A stretch of 64,000 nucleotides of DNA. Origin: Octopus bimaculoides. Taxonomy: Eukaryota. Below the pieces are notes generated by a model, which was not told the DNA's origin, did no database searches, and saw only the letters and a program-made list of their open reading frames with translations. Location: positions 18,125,768 to 18,189,767 of the forward strand of contig NC_068988.1 in assembly GCF_001194135.2 (NCBI RefSeq), written 5' to 3'. Below, in pieces: positions 13,497-26,473 of this stretch. The stretch's first letter is position 1, and every line of letters begins with the position of its first letter. The position numbers and the translations under genes are program-made.

Positions 13497-14063
13497 CGCA
13501 GTTGTACTTGTGAAGTCCGAATGTCTGTATTGGAGTCAATGAGGAGGGTAGATAAGAAAGTTAGTATAAAATCATTCATGAGGAATCCTAAATAGGTACA
13601 AAATTTTACGGCCATTTTGAGAAGATATTGGTTGATATGGGTGAGCTAACTCCAACCATACCAGTTATCTATACTCCTCTCATCAGAGTTAAGGGATTCA
13701 AAAACTTAAAATTCTAAGAAATATGAGAGGTTTGAGAATTTTTAGAAAACGAATGTTTTAGTTTTAATTATATCATCTGCTTGAAGAGTATGGTTTGACT
13801 AAACATTCGTTTTTTTTTTAATTCTCAAACCTCTCATATTTCGTAAAATTTTAATTTTTTGAATCCCTGAACTCTGATGAGAGGAGTATAGATAACTGTT
13901 ATGGTTGGAGTTAGCTTGCCCATATCAACCTATATCTTCTCGAAACAGCCGTAAGAATTTGTACCTATTTAGGATTCCTCATGAATGATTTTATACTAAC
14001 TTTCTAATCTACCCTCCTCATTGATTCTAATACAGACATTCGGACTTCACAAGTACAACAGTG
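13497..14063. repeat. Foldback element / MITE with ~260-bp inverted arms
   Basis: 13501-13761 is the revcomp of 13799-14059 at roughly 90% identity by eye, with a 37-bp spacer. Confidence 0.9.
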
Positions 14064-16080
14064 TTTATGATTAGGTGTATCTAATTACAGGACTTTGTAT
14101 ATGTCATAAGGCTTTCAGGTATAGTTTAAAATGTTCTGCTTTATAGAAGTCCAGTCAATTTATGAGGATTTCTCTGTTAGGACAGTAGTTTTTGTTCTTT
14201 TTATATTATCGTCATGTGGGCTGTGATGAAATTCTTCAGTCTCATAGAAGTAATTTTTAAAAATTTATTATATTGTATTACCAGTGTCTGCAGTACAGGC
14301 AGAGAGCTGGCAGAATTGTTAGCTCATTGGGTAAAATGCTTTGTGGTATTTTTTTTTTTTGACTCTTCATATTTTGAGTTCAAATTCTTCCGATGCCAAC
14401 TTTGCTTTTCATCCTTTCAGGCTTGATGAAATAAAGTATCAATCAAGTACTTGGGTTAACAGCTCTGGCTAAACCCTCCCCTCAAAATTGCTAGTCTTGA
14501 AATCTTAATTGATATCTGGAGTGCATTAATATCATCGTATTTTGTGTGTGAAAGTTTGGCTTTAGAGCATTGGTTGTTTTTGTTTATTTCATTACTGTTT
14601 TGCACCCATAGTTTGTTAACAAAACTAGAGGCCTTAATATGACAATAAGGAAGTACTTCAGAAGAAGGGGTATCATATTTTAGTTACCAAGGAAGGCTGA
14701 AATGAGTGTTTCATATATTGTTTTGGGATGGGTACATGAATGGTTATTGTCTTTTAAATGTTTATTTTGCTGGGAGTTTTTTTACAAAATTTTTCAAGCT
14801 TAGTATTGAGCTGGTTTGACAATTCCAGCTTCATTTCTGTCATTTTTGCTAACAGAATTAAATTCTGAAAGTATGGAATATTTTGTGGGAGTTTTGGTTA
14901 TTATTTGTAGGAGGTTAAGTAACAACATACAGGTATTCCTCTTAGCCATTTAGTTACATATATTTTCTATAAAGGTTATCATCATCATCATCATCATTTT
15001 GTAATGACTTTCATACTGACATAAGTTGGATAAGTTATTGTTGCTCTCTCAGATAACCAGGGAGACCAAATTTCATTCTTAAGTTTAATTTTCGGCTTGA
15101 TTTCTAATACTGGATGCCCTTCTTATTATCAGCAATCTTACAAAGTGTACTGGCTGTATTTTATAGTGGTGCTAGCACTAGAGAGCTTGTTATTTCAAGA
15201 ATATGATTAAAAGGTTCTCACATCCCTAGTCTTAGCAGAATGAATTCAGTCATTTTACTGTGATACCAGCACTAGAGATAAAAAGCAGAGAGAGAGAGAG
15301 AGAGAGAGATGGATAAATAGTGGGTGAATGATGAGCTGTTGATAGTAAATGGTTAGGGGTGGGGTTATAGGTTGGGTGTATGAGGTATATGAAGGTCTGA
15401 TAAGCTGCCTTAAGTATATACCTTAAGATAGTGAGAAAGGTAAGATGAGAGAGAGCAAGAGAGGGCAATGGAGAATTAAAGAGAAGTATATGTGCATGTA
15501 TACTATGTATGTGTATGTGCTTTTGTACGTATGTATGTATTCATTCCTCCTCTTATCCATAGTCCTGAAGTAGGACTCCGTTTGGATAGAGACTCTACTT
15601 TCCACAGCAATTTCACTATACACTTTCTGCTTTTCCAAATAATGGAAATCTTGCCAGTTGCAGCTCACCACCAGCATCAGTTGAGTTACAATTTTCTGTT
15701 CAAGACTATATCTAAATAATTTTTCAATAAAAGGAAACAATTTGCTGTACTGAGACATATGTCAATTCTTAGAGAATTTTGGTTATTAATTACGAAAATG
15801 ATTCTAATTTTTCAATATTAGCTAAAGTTTTGGATTACTTCTTCAAAATCTATAGAAAGAATATGACACAATAAAGAGCACTGATTACTACAAGTGATGT
15901 GCAATATGAGCAAATTAATTTCATTATTGTTCTTCCAATAAAACATGTGATATGATATATGATTTCTACTAAGATTTTTATGAAGTTCTTACAGTTCACT
16001 TTCATGGTTGTTTTGCTTGTTGATGGTAAATAATGTTGAGATTATCTTTGTCTACAGTTTGATAATAATCTGTCAATATT

Positions 16081-16282
16081 CTTTTACTTGTTTCAGTCTT
16101 TTGACTGTGGCCATGCTGGAGCACCGCCTTTTAGTCGATCAAATCGACCCCAGGACTTATTCTTTAGAAGCCTAGTACTTATTCTATCGATCTCTTTTGC
16201 CGAACCGCTAAGTTACGGGGACATAAACACACCAGCATCGGTTGTCAAGCGATGTTGGGGGGACAAACACAGACATACAAAC

Positions 16283-16313
<31 letters not shown>

Positions 16314-16485
16314 CATATATACGACGGGCTTCTTTCAGTTTCCGTCTACCAAATCCACTCACAAGGCTTTGGTCGGCCCGAGGCTATAGTAGAAGACACT
16401 TGCCCAAGATGCCGCGCAGTGGGACTGAACCCGGGACCATGTGGTTGGTAAGCTAGCTACTTACCACACAGCTGCTCCTACGCCT
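16081..16485 (-). mobile_element. SINE family A, full length, inserted in the Chapaev3-like fossil
   Basis: Aligns end to end with 1768-2196. The flanks rejoin into the transposase C-terminus. Confidence 0.9.
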
Positions 16486-17632
16486 ATACTGTTGATGTTC
16501 TTTTGCTATGATAATGTTTTTTTCTATGATAGGAATTTTCTGGTGTCGTATTTCATGATGCTCATTACTCACTGCCCACATTTTTCAGAGAGAGAAATCA
16601 AAGTGTAAATTAAGAAAATGTATCTTCAGAGATATGTCACACTTTAACTCTTGATAGGCATGAAACAAGTTTTCAAATGAAGCCTTATAATTTTCAGTTT
16701 ATTTAGTTCCATGGAATTTGTTTATTGTCATTTTGAAAGTCATCCATACATATTTTTCTTTGACTTCTAAAATACCATCAAATTCATTGTCTGCATGAAG
16801 TTTTGTGACAGAACAGAGTTGATAAACATTCCTTCAATTTTTGCATCATTAATTGCAAGAAGCTTATCTTTGTGATAAAGGAGAGTTGCCCACATTTGGT
16901 CTATAGCTTCCTTAAAGCATTTCAGTAATCTTAGCTTATATATTTGATGGCAGCAAAATGATTTTTTTTTCTTGCTCAACAAGAGTCAGATCAAAATTTT
17001 TTATGCTAGGTTCAAAGAATTTCTTTTAAATTATTCTTTTACATGAAATGCAAAAGCCATAACTTTTGAATTATGAAATTTTCCTTTGACAATTGTCATA
17101 AATTACAGATAGCAAAAGTTTTAAATGTTGTCACACATTTCTTTCATATAGATTGAATATTCTATGAATATTGATGGCAAAAACTTATCAAAGTGTATTG
17201 AAACCTTTTTCAAGACAAGTTTCAACATTTCTTTGAATAGTTGCCATTTGATTGAATTGTGATTTAAATTACAAGCTTTCATGAGACTATAAATATTATT
17301 GCATGCAAGCAAATTGCTGTCTTTTATATAAAAAAGAAAAGGTGAGAAATCCTTACCATAATCACATGAAATATTTGGCATCATCAACAACTTGGTTACA
17401 ATGTCTCAGTTGTATGCCTAGTGGATCTGCATTCATTTTCACAAACATAAGTTCTTTGTAAAATAATATATTTTGCTCTGAGGAAATTTATGTAGCTCTG
17501 TAGATTCACTTGAAATGTTTGGATCAGAAGATGTGCAACCTGCATGCCCATTGCATTACATGGGAAGCATGCCCATCGTTTCCCATATAATGGGAAATCT
17601 TTCACTATGTAGGACTAGCTATAGAACGGAGG

Positions 17633-17743
17633 ATCAGACTGGAGCCTGGTGTTGCCATCCGGTTTCACCAGTCCTCAGTCAAATCGTCCAACCCATGCTA
17701 GCATGGAAAGCGGACGTTAAACGATGATGATGATGATGATGAT
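17633..17743 (+). mobile_element. Family B 5'-truncated young copy
   Basis: Identical to 126-232 apart from tail length. Confidence 0.9.
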
Positions 17744-20150
17744 TGCAGTGTTCTTTTCTTTTTGAATTTCACTCTTGAAAATTTTTGAAGTCAAGTGAAA
17801 CAACAATCATTGTTATCAGCTGTAGGTTCACTCCATAATATAGATATTGTGAAAGGTATATACTTCCGAGACATTTGTCCAGAATGTTACCAATAGGTTT
17901 AAAGGAACATCTTTCATTTTACTCTTACACCCTCTCTTAAGTGTTCCTATTTGTATTCTTCAATTCTTCAGCTTCCTTCTTACTTCATTTCCCCCACCCC
18001 CATCACTCAAGTCCCCTTTACACCCAGTCTCCTATGACTTCTGTCTATGCATGAAGCTGATATTGTATTGTGTTCCCCATCAGCTGCAGCCAGTTTCTCA
18101 AACAAAGGAGATATAAAACTTCCCCCTCTTTTGTTTATTTCCCTCCTGTCATCTTTATGCTGAAGACTGAAACATTGGTTACTCCATTCACCATGATAAT
18201 TTCATTGTACTTTTTCTGTTACATTTTGTATCTGATGCTGGCCACAACCAGTCTCATTTGGTTCTGTTTTATCTGATTTACCATAACTACCAAGAACAAA
18301 GAACTACCTCATAACCTTTATACAAAATCTCTATTATAGATTCTATTCTATACATTTATCACCATGACAAGACCATTTATATTATAGATCACCAAATACA
18401 TCTATATTTTTGTTTTAAATGTCACCTTATAATAAAGCATATCTAGTAACTAAAGATAGGTTTGTTGCTGTAATTTTTAGTATAATTTAATTTGATGAAC
18501 ATTTGATGGATAGTAATTAAAATATCATCAAAGTTTTAGGTGCAATGGAATATCTAAATGTCCATTACTACTCTTAAGATTGTTGTCCTTGTGCATCAAA
18601 CAAATAATACCAAATCAATTTCATATAGATAATTTTGTTTTGTTAAATATAAAGGTTCATTAATGTTTTATTAGAAAAATATTCCACTATTATAAAATAG
18701 AGCAAGAGAAAAACTTTTGCGATATATGTTATTTTTCAAAAACAATAAGGAAAACTTTAAAGTTGGCAAATGACAAGCAAAAAAAAAAAAAAAAAATCAA
18801 TCAATAAGTTATTTTTGCCATTTCAATAGAAGCTTTTAATCAATGTTACTGCAACCATGGTAAATAGACATTTTATTCAAAGCAGGTTTGACTATTATTA
18901 GAAAATACTACTTTCATTTAGTTATTTATATTTTAAAAAAATAAAAATAAAAAGCTATGCAATAGTCAATAGTATAGTAGATCCATAGTAGATAGTGGAT
19001 CAAAGTGACATTATAATTGATGAAGTAAATTAATGGTTTGGTAATTCCAATCTACCTAAAGTTAACTTTATTTTTCCTTCCTTCTAGAACTGAAGAATTG
19101 GTTCCAATAGCATTTTAGTCATTTTGTATCGGTTTTGTTAGTCATTAAAAGGAATTCTATTTGAATATATTTGTTGAATTCTAAATCAGTTAATTATTTG
19201 ATTACATCAAACCAAGTTAAAGTTAATCAAGAGAGTGCCTTTGTTTAGCTATGTACAAAGGTGACAAATTTGTAAAAGTTTTTAGAGTAGTGAATAGAAT
19301 GCCTTGCAGTATTTGTTCTGATTTTCAGCTTTCTGAGTTCAAATCCTGCTGTGGCCTAGTAGGATGGTAGACTTTATTTGTCCCCCTGTTTAACACTACC
19401 TGATGACAACTTGGGTGCCTTTAGCAGAGAGTAACCCACAGAAAACATTTGGGTCAGATCTCCAGTTAGAGAATCACTTCTTCTCTCTCTTCTACCCCAG
19501 TCAGAGGCCCTGTGAAACCTCATCACCACTGCTTTCTTTGGCTAAAAATAAAATATGCCAATAGAAATTTTTAATGCTGCAAATTCAATCAAGCATAAAC
19601 TTCCAATTCAATACTTTTACACTTTGAACATTTACACCAAGAATATACAATTCTGAAGGTAAAAGCATCAGTTCCTCATCTTGTAATTTGTATTAATGTC
19701 TCTTCAGTTTAATTGCCTTCATTGAAATAAAGCCACTCAGGGTAAAGATGTAGTTGGTAAAATACGTCTATCTAATCAGTGTTGATAAATTTGTAGCAAA
19801 TACTTGTAAGGTTGATTTCTTGCAGATTTTGTTCGTATGCAATATTTTGAAGCTACAGAACAATTTTTTTGTCCTAAGTAAATTAATTTAATTAAATCTT
19901 TATGCGTAAACAGATACTGATATCCAACTCAGACTAGAGTGAAATCAATACATTAAAAAAATCAATTATGTTGCTTTTTTATCTACTTGGATACTGACTA
20001 TCAAGACCAAGATCATTTTAACCAACTTCACCTAAATTTCTACATACTCACATACTCACTCCTAGATATGTTTCTTTTCTCTGTCTGTCTGTCTNNNNNN
20101 NNNNTCTGTCTGTCTGTCTGTCTCTCTCTGTCTCTGTCTCTCTGTCTCTG

Positions 20151-20218
<68 letters not shown>

Positions 20219-20833
20219 TCATTCCTCTCTGTCTCTCTCCAATTTTGTTAACTCTGCTGTCTGAGGGTCCTTCTTTTGCCTTGTTACATTGGGAACAGTC
20301 ATTATCATTTTTACATTATGGAATCTCATTCAGTCAAATAAAGAGCTCACTTCCCAGTCATGCAGTTTTGGGTTCAGTCCTGCTGTGAGCAACTTAGGTT
20401 AGTGTATTCTACTATAGGACAATAGCCTCCAATTAACAACGAACTTGGTAATGTAAACTGAAAGAAGTCAATCATATATATACATATATATGTATCATTG
20501 GTGTCTTTATAAACATCATCACCATTTTAACATCCCCTTTTCCATGCTTGCATAAGCCAAACAGAATTTGCTGAGGCAAATTTTCTATGATCAGATGCTC
20601 AACTTGTCACCAAGCCTTGCCTGTTTCCAAGCAAAGTAATATTTCCCTAAAGCTGGACATATTTTAATGGAAGTCTGGAAACAAATGACATTCCTTGAAT
20701 GATGGTGATATACATTTACAACTGTTGTAACACACTTACACAAACAAATGTGTATATATATATATATATATATATATGCGAGTAAAAATAAATGCAAAAA
20801 AAGGGGGGGAGTTGTATGATTGTGTATAGAGGA

Positions 20834-20954
20834 ATATATTATTTTGTTTAAAAGAGTTCCAACACTGTCTGTTTTTTATGTTTTATTTACATTGGTTTTG
20901 CAGGAATATAAATAAAACATAAAAAGCAGACAGTGTTGGAACTCTTTTAAACAA

Positions 20955-20964
<10 letters not shown>
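20834..20964. repeat. Near-perfect 56-bp inverted repeat (small MITE or hairpin)
   Basis: 20834-20889 versus 20909-20964 has a single T/G mismatch and a 19-nt loop. Confidence 0.92.
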
Positions 20965-20993
<29 letters not shown>

Positions 20994-21088
20994 GAGAGGG
21001 AGGGAGAGAGAGAGAGATACATACAGGCATGCATACATAGATACATACATACATAGACACATAGACACATAGACACATACACACATAA

Positions 21089-21257
21089 CATCATCACCAT
21101 TTAATGTTTGTCTTCCATGCTAGCATGGGTTGGACGATTTGACTGAGGACTGGCAAACCAGATGGCTATACCAGGCTCCAATCTGATTTGGCAGAGTTTC
21201 TACAGCTGGATGCCCTTCCTAACACCAACCACTCCAAGAGTGTAGTGGGTGCTTTTA
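21089..21257 (-). mobile_element. Family B older copy
   Basis: Diverged match to 55-237. Further diverged copies lie at 29431-29762 (+) and 48636-48789 (+). Confidence 0.8.
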
Positions 21258-21593
21258 TTATTATTATTATTATTATGGTCACTGTCTGGAATTGAACTCA
21301 GAATCTTGGGATTAGTAGCCTGCGCTCTTAACCACTATGCCATGTGCCCGTGATTCCCAACATTCTGAGTTTGATTCCAGGCTGTACTAATAATAATAAT
21401 AATAACAACATCAAAAAATAACCTAGGAATGAGAACCCAGGTTCAAAATTTCTCCAAGACACCTGGTGAAGGCTGGAGGGTATATCAGCTAAAACGTTGT
21501 GTTAACAACAAACAAGATGAGGACAAATATCCGTCAAATATAAATAATGTAAATGATGTACATAATTCCTCATTCCTTAAATATAGAACTGTA
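21255..21593. mobile_element. tRNA-headed SINE-like element with degenerate minimal type-I hammerhead ribozyme and inverted 5' segment
   Basis: Minus-strand head 21349-21277 has box A TGGCATAGTGG, box B GTTCAATTC and an (AAT)n tract. It abuts a + strand 5'-truncated copy of the same head (21350-21410), followed by a hammerhead-shaped motif at 21458-21503. Confidence 0.7.
21458..21503 (+). ncRNA. Degenerate minimal hammerhead ribozyme (Penelope-type), probably inactive in this copy
   Basis: gACAC-CTGgTGA-A-GGCTG-gagggtatat-CAGCt-aAAAC-GTT-GTGTt. Stem I is ACAC/GTGT, stem II is GGCTG/CAGCt, and stem III is the palindrome AACGTT with a GUU triplet. Core substitutions: A6>G and G12>A. Confidence 0.6.
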
Positions 21594-22931
21594 TGTATAT
21601 ACATACAACCGTTTTTTTTTTTTGTTTTTTGGGGGTTTTTTTTTGTTTTTTGGGGTTTTTTTTTTTTTTGTTATTTGAAGTCTGTGTTGACAGACTTGCA
21701 TTTACAATGAAAAGTACCATGTTTTCCTTAGTGGGTCAGCAGAATTTCAATAATGTTATGCAGGCCACCATTCAAATAGTGATAAAAAAAAAACTATGAC
21801 GTAAATAGTAGTAATTGTCTGAAGAATTTTATGGTAAGAATAAATATGAATTTAAAGAGAAATGCATAGTATGAAGATCCTGGGAACTTAAAGGATTTCT
21901 CAGAGATTTTGTTGGTTTATTTCTTTAAATATGATTTATTTATTTGAAATTTTTGTATTATTTTCAAAATGGCCAGCTGCATATATTTTGATACAAGCAT
22001 ATTTTGAAATAGACAAAGCATAAGGATGTAGCTCTTTCTTTTTAATTTTTTTTTTTTTACCATCTTCAACTAATTAAGAAGAAAAATTCAATTAATATTT
22101 CCAAGAAAAAGAAAGAAGAATTTTCTTATTAAAAATGAAAAGGAAAGAAATTTGTGAAGAACTAATTTTTTCCTTTTGAAATCTAATAATTAGCTCCCAA
22201 ATTAAGCTTCCTGTTTTACTCAGATAATGGTATCCTAAATAACAAAAATGCATGAATTTTACAAAGCAAATACATGAAAACAAACAGAAGACTTCTTTCC
22301 TTTCGTTTTCCTCTAATCATATTTTCAACACCATTATCATTAAATACTTAGAACTTATCATTCAGTCATTACTAATCTTTCAACATATCATATCTCATCT
22401 ACCTTATCCTAACATGAAGCATCAGTAATCATCTTCATTACTTCACTTTCTAATCAAATTCATCTGTTCGTTATCAAGCTTTCATATACTCATTGTTTAA
22501 GATTGCATTACTTATTTTAATCATTTATATTATCATTTTCATTATTGTGAAATACAATCACCAAGTGAAAATGTCAAGATTCTTTTGTCCCTATTTTCAT
22601 AAGTTCATTTCACGTTGCCAATTCATCCATCATGTCCATAGATAAGGTACCTCATTTTACTTTCCAAACATTTCATAAATTAAAAAAAAAAAAAACTCAT
22701 CATTATTAGTAGTTTTTCTTTTTTTTGTATTGTTTTTATTTTGAGTTTTTAAATGTCAATTATTTATTTACAAATTTTAATTCTTATCACATAAAATATC
22801 TGCTTAATTTGGCAGCTCTGCAAAAAAAGATAATATATTTAATTCAATTGAATTTTCACAAGTAGCAATTTAAGAGAACATATACAAAATTGATAAAATC
22901 AAAACAATGAAGAAATGATTACATAGTTTTG

Positions 22932-22963
<32 letters not shown>

Positions 22964-23694
22964 TATGTATGCAAGTTTAAGAACAACAGGGCATTTACTG
23001 ATTGTGTGACTCTTAAAGTAGAGTCAAATTTATTGCAAACTTCAAGTAGACAAGGACTTCAAGTTTTGCCTTACAGTTTGTTCAATCAGACTGAATAAAT
23101 TAAAGGAGAAATCTTGAAATCTCAATCAACTTGATCTTCACAATATATATATGTATGTATGCATGTACACACTTACACATACATATACACACACACACGT
23201 GCACGAATGAGGTGGATAAATGAAGGAAAGTAGCTCTTAACACTTCTTGGTTGGAGTTACATGTATTTAATATCAGTCTGACTTAGTTCCACATGACTTG
23301 GAGATTCATAGGCTTGTAGGACACAGATGTACATTTGTATATTGTTCTACATACGTAATATTGAAAGGTTCTACTCTTAAATAAGAAAGATTGAAGACTA
23401 TTTCCCATTTAGTTAACTTTGGAAGCAATACCAAATAATGATACAATTGTAGTTTTCGGTTGAATATCACGTTTCAGAATTCTTAGTACAATTGATAAGA
23501 TTAGACTTAAACATCTACAATGGTTCTTGTATGATTTGACATTTCAAAGTATTCTTCTCTTTGAGAAATTTAGATGTAAAGAAATGGAAACAATTTGAAA
23601 ACACTGAAACCAGTAGCTACTTATAATCAAAGACATGAACTCAACATTTAGAATTAGCACATTGTTTGTCACAAAGAACTATAATTCTTCCATT

Positions 23695-23757
23695 CCTCCA
23701 TTCCAAATCTTAATTCCTCCATTCCAAAATCTTAATTCCTCCTTTCTAACTTAATTC
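23695..23757. repeat. ~21-bp tandem repeat, about 3 copies
   Basis: ATTCCTCCATTCCAAATCTTA-like units. Confidence 0.7.
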
Positions 23758-25060
23758 AGCTTGCAACACTCTTTAATATTTTGCAGAAGAAGTTTTAGAA
23801 ACAAGATTGTTAATGGAATTGGTCACACATAGGTCAGTTCTGATTGAGAAGACCTATGATATAAGATGTTCCTTCTATAACCATCACATCATTTTATTTT
23901 CATAAATTTTTTTCGTGTTGTGCAGCCATGACTATATTATCTAAAATTCTTTCTTTTTCTTGAGAGATATTTGGCTGCTCTCCCACCAAATCCTGTGACC
24001 ATATAATGTAGAGAAGAAACAAAAGTTCTTCAAGTCAGCTTACTCTAAGTGTAGATGCTTTAGTACATGAAGCTTTATAGCATGACTGAACCCATACTTA
24101 TATTGACAATTCAAGAAACTTTGTTTTTGACTGGAATGAAATTCTTCCATCATAGTCTAAAACTCTTGTCTTTATCCTTAATTCTTCCCATAAAGTGATT
24201 ATTTATGAGTGAAATGTGTATCTTGGTATTCAATAAAATCCTTATGTAATTAGTATATCACCAGAAGAATGTATTTTTGAGGTGAAATGCCAAAAAATCT
24301 ACTAGAAACCTGCTAATGAAGATTTTGGTATTTTAAGCACCTTTACTAAATGACAACCTCCCCATCACCTTCAAGCTATGCTACACATAAAAGTGTTATT
24401 TTATAACATATGTATGTGTGTTTTACTCTGTCTTTCTACCTCCCCCTCTATTTCATATCTAACACTATAATGAAATAGAGAAAAACTGCACACTTAAAAA
24501 TAGTTTTGTATATGAAGTTGGCAGTAAAATATCACGTTTGTTTAAGCATTCATCACTTGATAACATCTCGGCACTAAATCACTTACTAATGCTTCAGAAT
24601 TTAAAGCATCATACTAATCAGATGCTAGTCAGAAGATGCTGATATCTGTTATCCTTATACATTGCTTTCAATTTACTGGTGATGAGAAGAATGAGTAGTT
24701 CCAAAAAGGAAAGGGTAAAATATTGTAAAGGAAAGAAATAAAATAACTTATAATATTTTTCAGAAATCCTGCAAGTTGTACCATTCAGAATCAATTATGC
24801 TCTCAGATCAAGCTTGATAGATCAATAATTTTCATGGCAGGAAATAAGATTAAATTATACAAAAATTACTGAGTCAGTGAATTGTCAAAGTAATTTGACA
24901 TTTTCTTTGATGTCTATATTGATATTGAATGATTCCTGACAAGTAAGCCTATTGAAAAAAAAAAAAATAAGGATGATCCTTCCTATCAACAGCCTGCTCT
25001 TTCTCGTCTGAACTGAAATCATTTTGTACTTAATTTTCAATATATACCCTCATACTTAAT

Positions 25061-25286
25061 TTTCAATATATACCCTCATAAGCAGAAATTTGTTTTAGCA
25101 ATGTGGTCATGCCCATTTTTGGACAAAGCAATGACATACATGTACACACTCACAACTGGGATGCTTCACTCTAATCCATAGGAAGAAACTCATTCTCTTG
25201 GAAAAACACTTCATATACATAATAATATACATACACACACACATGTGACTATATATATATAAATATGTGCACACACACACACACAT

Positions 25287-25318
<32 letters not shown>

Positions 25319-26473
25319 GTATATACATTACTTTACACACACACATACACACATGTTCAAATCTTCTCATGCCTATTGGTCAGAGCTTGTCTCAGTTTCC
25401 ATGGTGTTCAAATGACAGAAATTACAGGATTACCCTCTGAATAGAATGGCAGGGTTAACCTTCCAGTAGTTAATAATCCTGATTTACAGTTGAGTGGAAT
25501 ACAGCAATGTAAAATGAAGTACCTTGCTTAAAGGCATAACATGCCACCTGCTTTCAAGGATTGAAACAATGAAGCATTTACCAATTTAATATAAATCATC
25601 AAAATTGAATGCTATTTCATGAAATTAGAAGTATATTATTGGCTGTCAAATACATCAATATCTTATGATCATTTGTCTTAGAAATATTCATACCTTAAGT
25701 AGCATTTTATGGTTAATATAGTAAAATTTCACTAAATAAAACACTTCAATGATATAGATATACTACATTTCAGACATCTAATTTCCAATCATTTTGTTCT
25801 CAAAATTCATAATTGCTTCTTTTTTGAAATTTCAATAAATATTCATTGACATTTATCAAAGTCATTTACTCAGAGCTGCATGAATATTATTTCATATTTT
25901 TATTTACCGTTGATTTTCTTGAAAGATGTATATCTTTTTCCAAATGAGTATAAGAAAGATGAAAACTCAATAATTAATAACCTTGTTTAAATATTCTACA
26001 CTTCTAATGAAATTTTCAATGCTGTTCTAGATTTGTGATTACATTCAATATAACGATATTCAATGTCTGATAACTCAATGAAGCAAGTACTGATGGAATA
26101 GGTGCTGTTAATGTTAAAAATGGGTAAATTTGGGGACAATTTTCAGATAACAAATTGCCAAAACGAAGGCAAAAATGACATCACATACCTGTATATTTGT
26201 TTGCACACATGGGTATTTTCATACAAAATAAGCATAACATAGGTTCTCAATTAAGTGTCAATTGAAACTATGTATAAGGGGTAGACATATTTATCATTCT
26301 ATATATCAATTCTTACATTTCAATATATACCCTCATAAGCAGAAATTTGTTTTAGCAATGTGGTCATGCCCATTTTTGGACAAAGCAATGACATACATGT
26401 ACACACTCACAACTGGGATGCTTCAATCATAGTTCACTCTAATCCATAGGAAGAAACTCATTCTCTTGGAAAA
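25061..26473. repeat. Dispersed ~150-bp direct duplication (25061-25205 and 26318-26473)
   Basis: Identical except for an 11-nt indel bounded by TTCA. There is also a 26-bp tandem pair at 25027-25078. Confidence 0.9.

Larger units (their letters stand above)
16000..17900 (-). mobile_element. Fossil DNA transposase, Chapaev3/CMC-like, split by two younger insertions
   Basis: Minus-strand fragments occur in the order expected from my recall of this family: PFTISILWSEPTADNNDCCF (~17790-17860); LLACNNIYSLMKACNLNHNSIKWQLFKEMLKLVLKKVSIHFDKFLPSI..YSIYMKE (17121-17390); KLRLLKCFKEAID..AINDAKIEGMFI (16767-16982); CDISLKIHFLNLHFDF..WAVSNEHHEIRHQKI (16520-16641); ILTDYYQTV..IYHQQAK (~16000-16080). Multiple stops and frameshifts. 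The family name is from memory. Confidence 0.6.
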
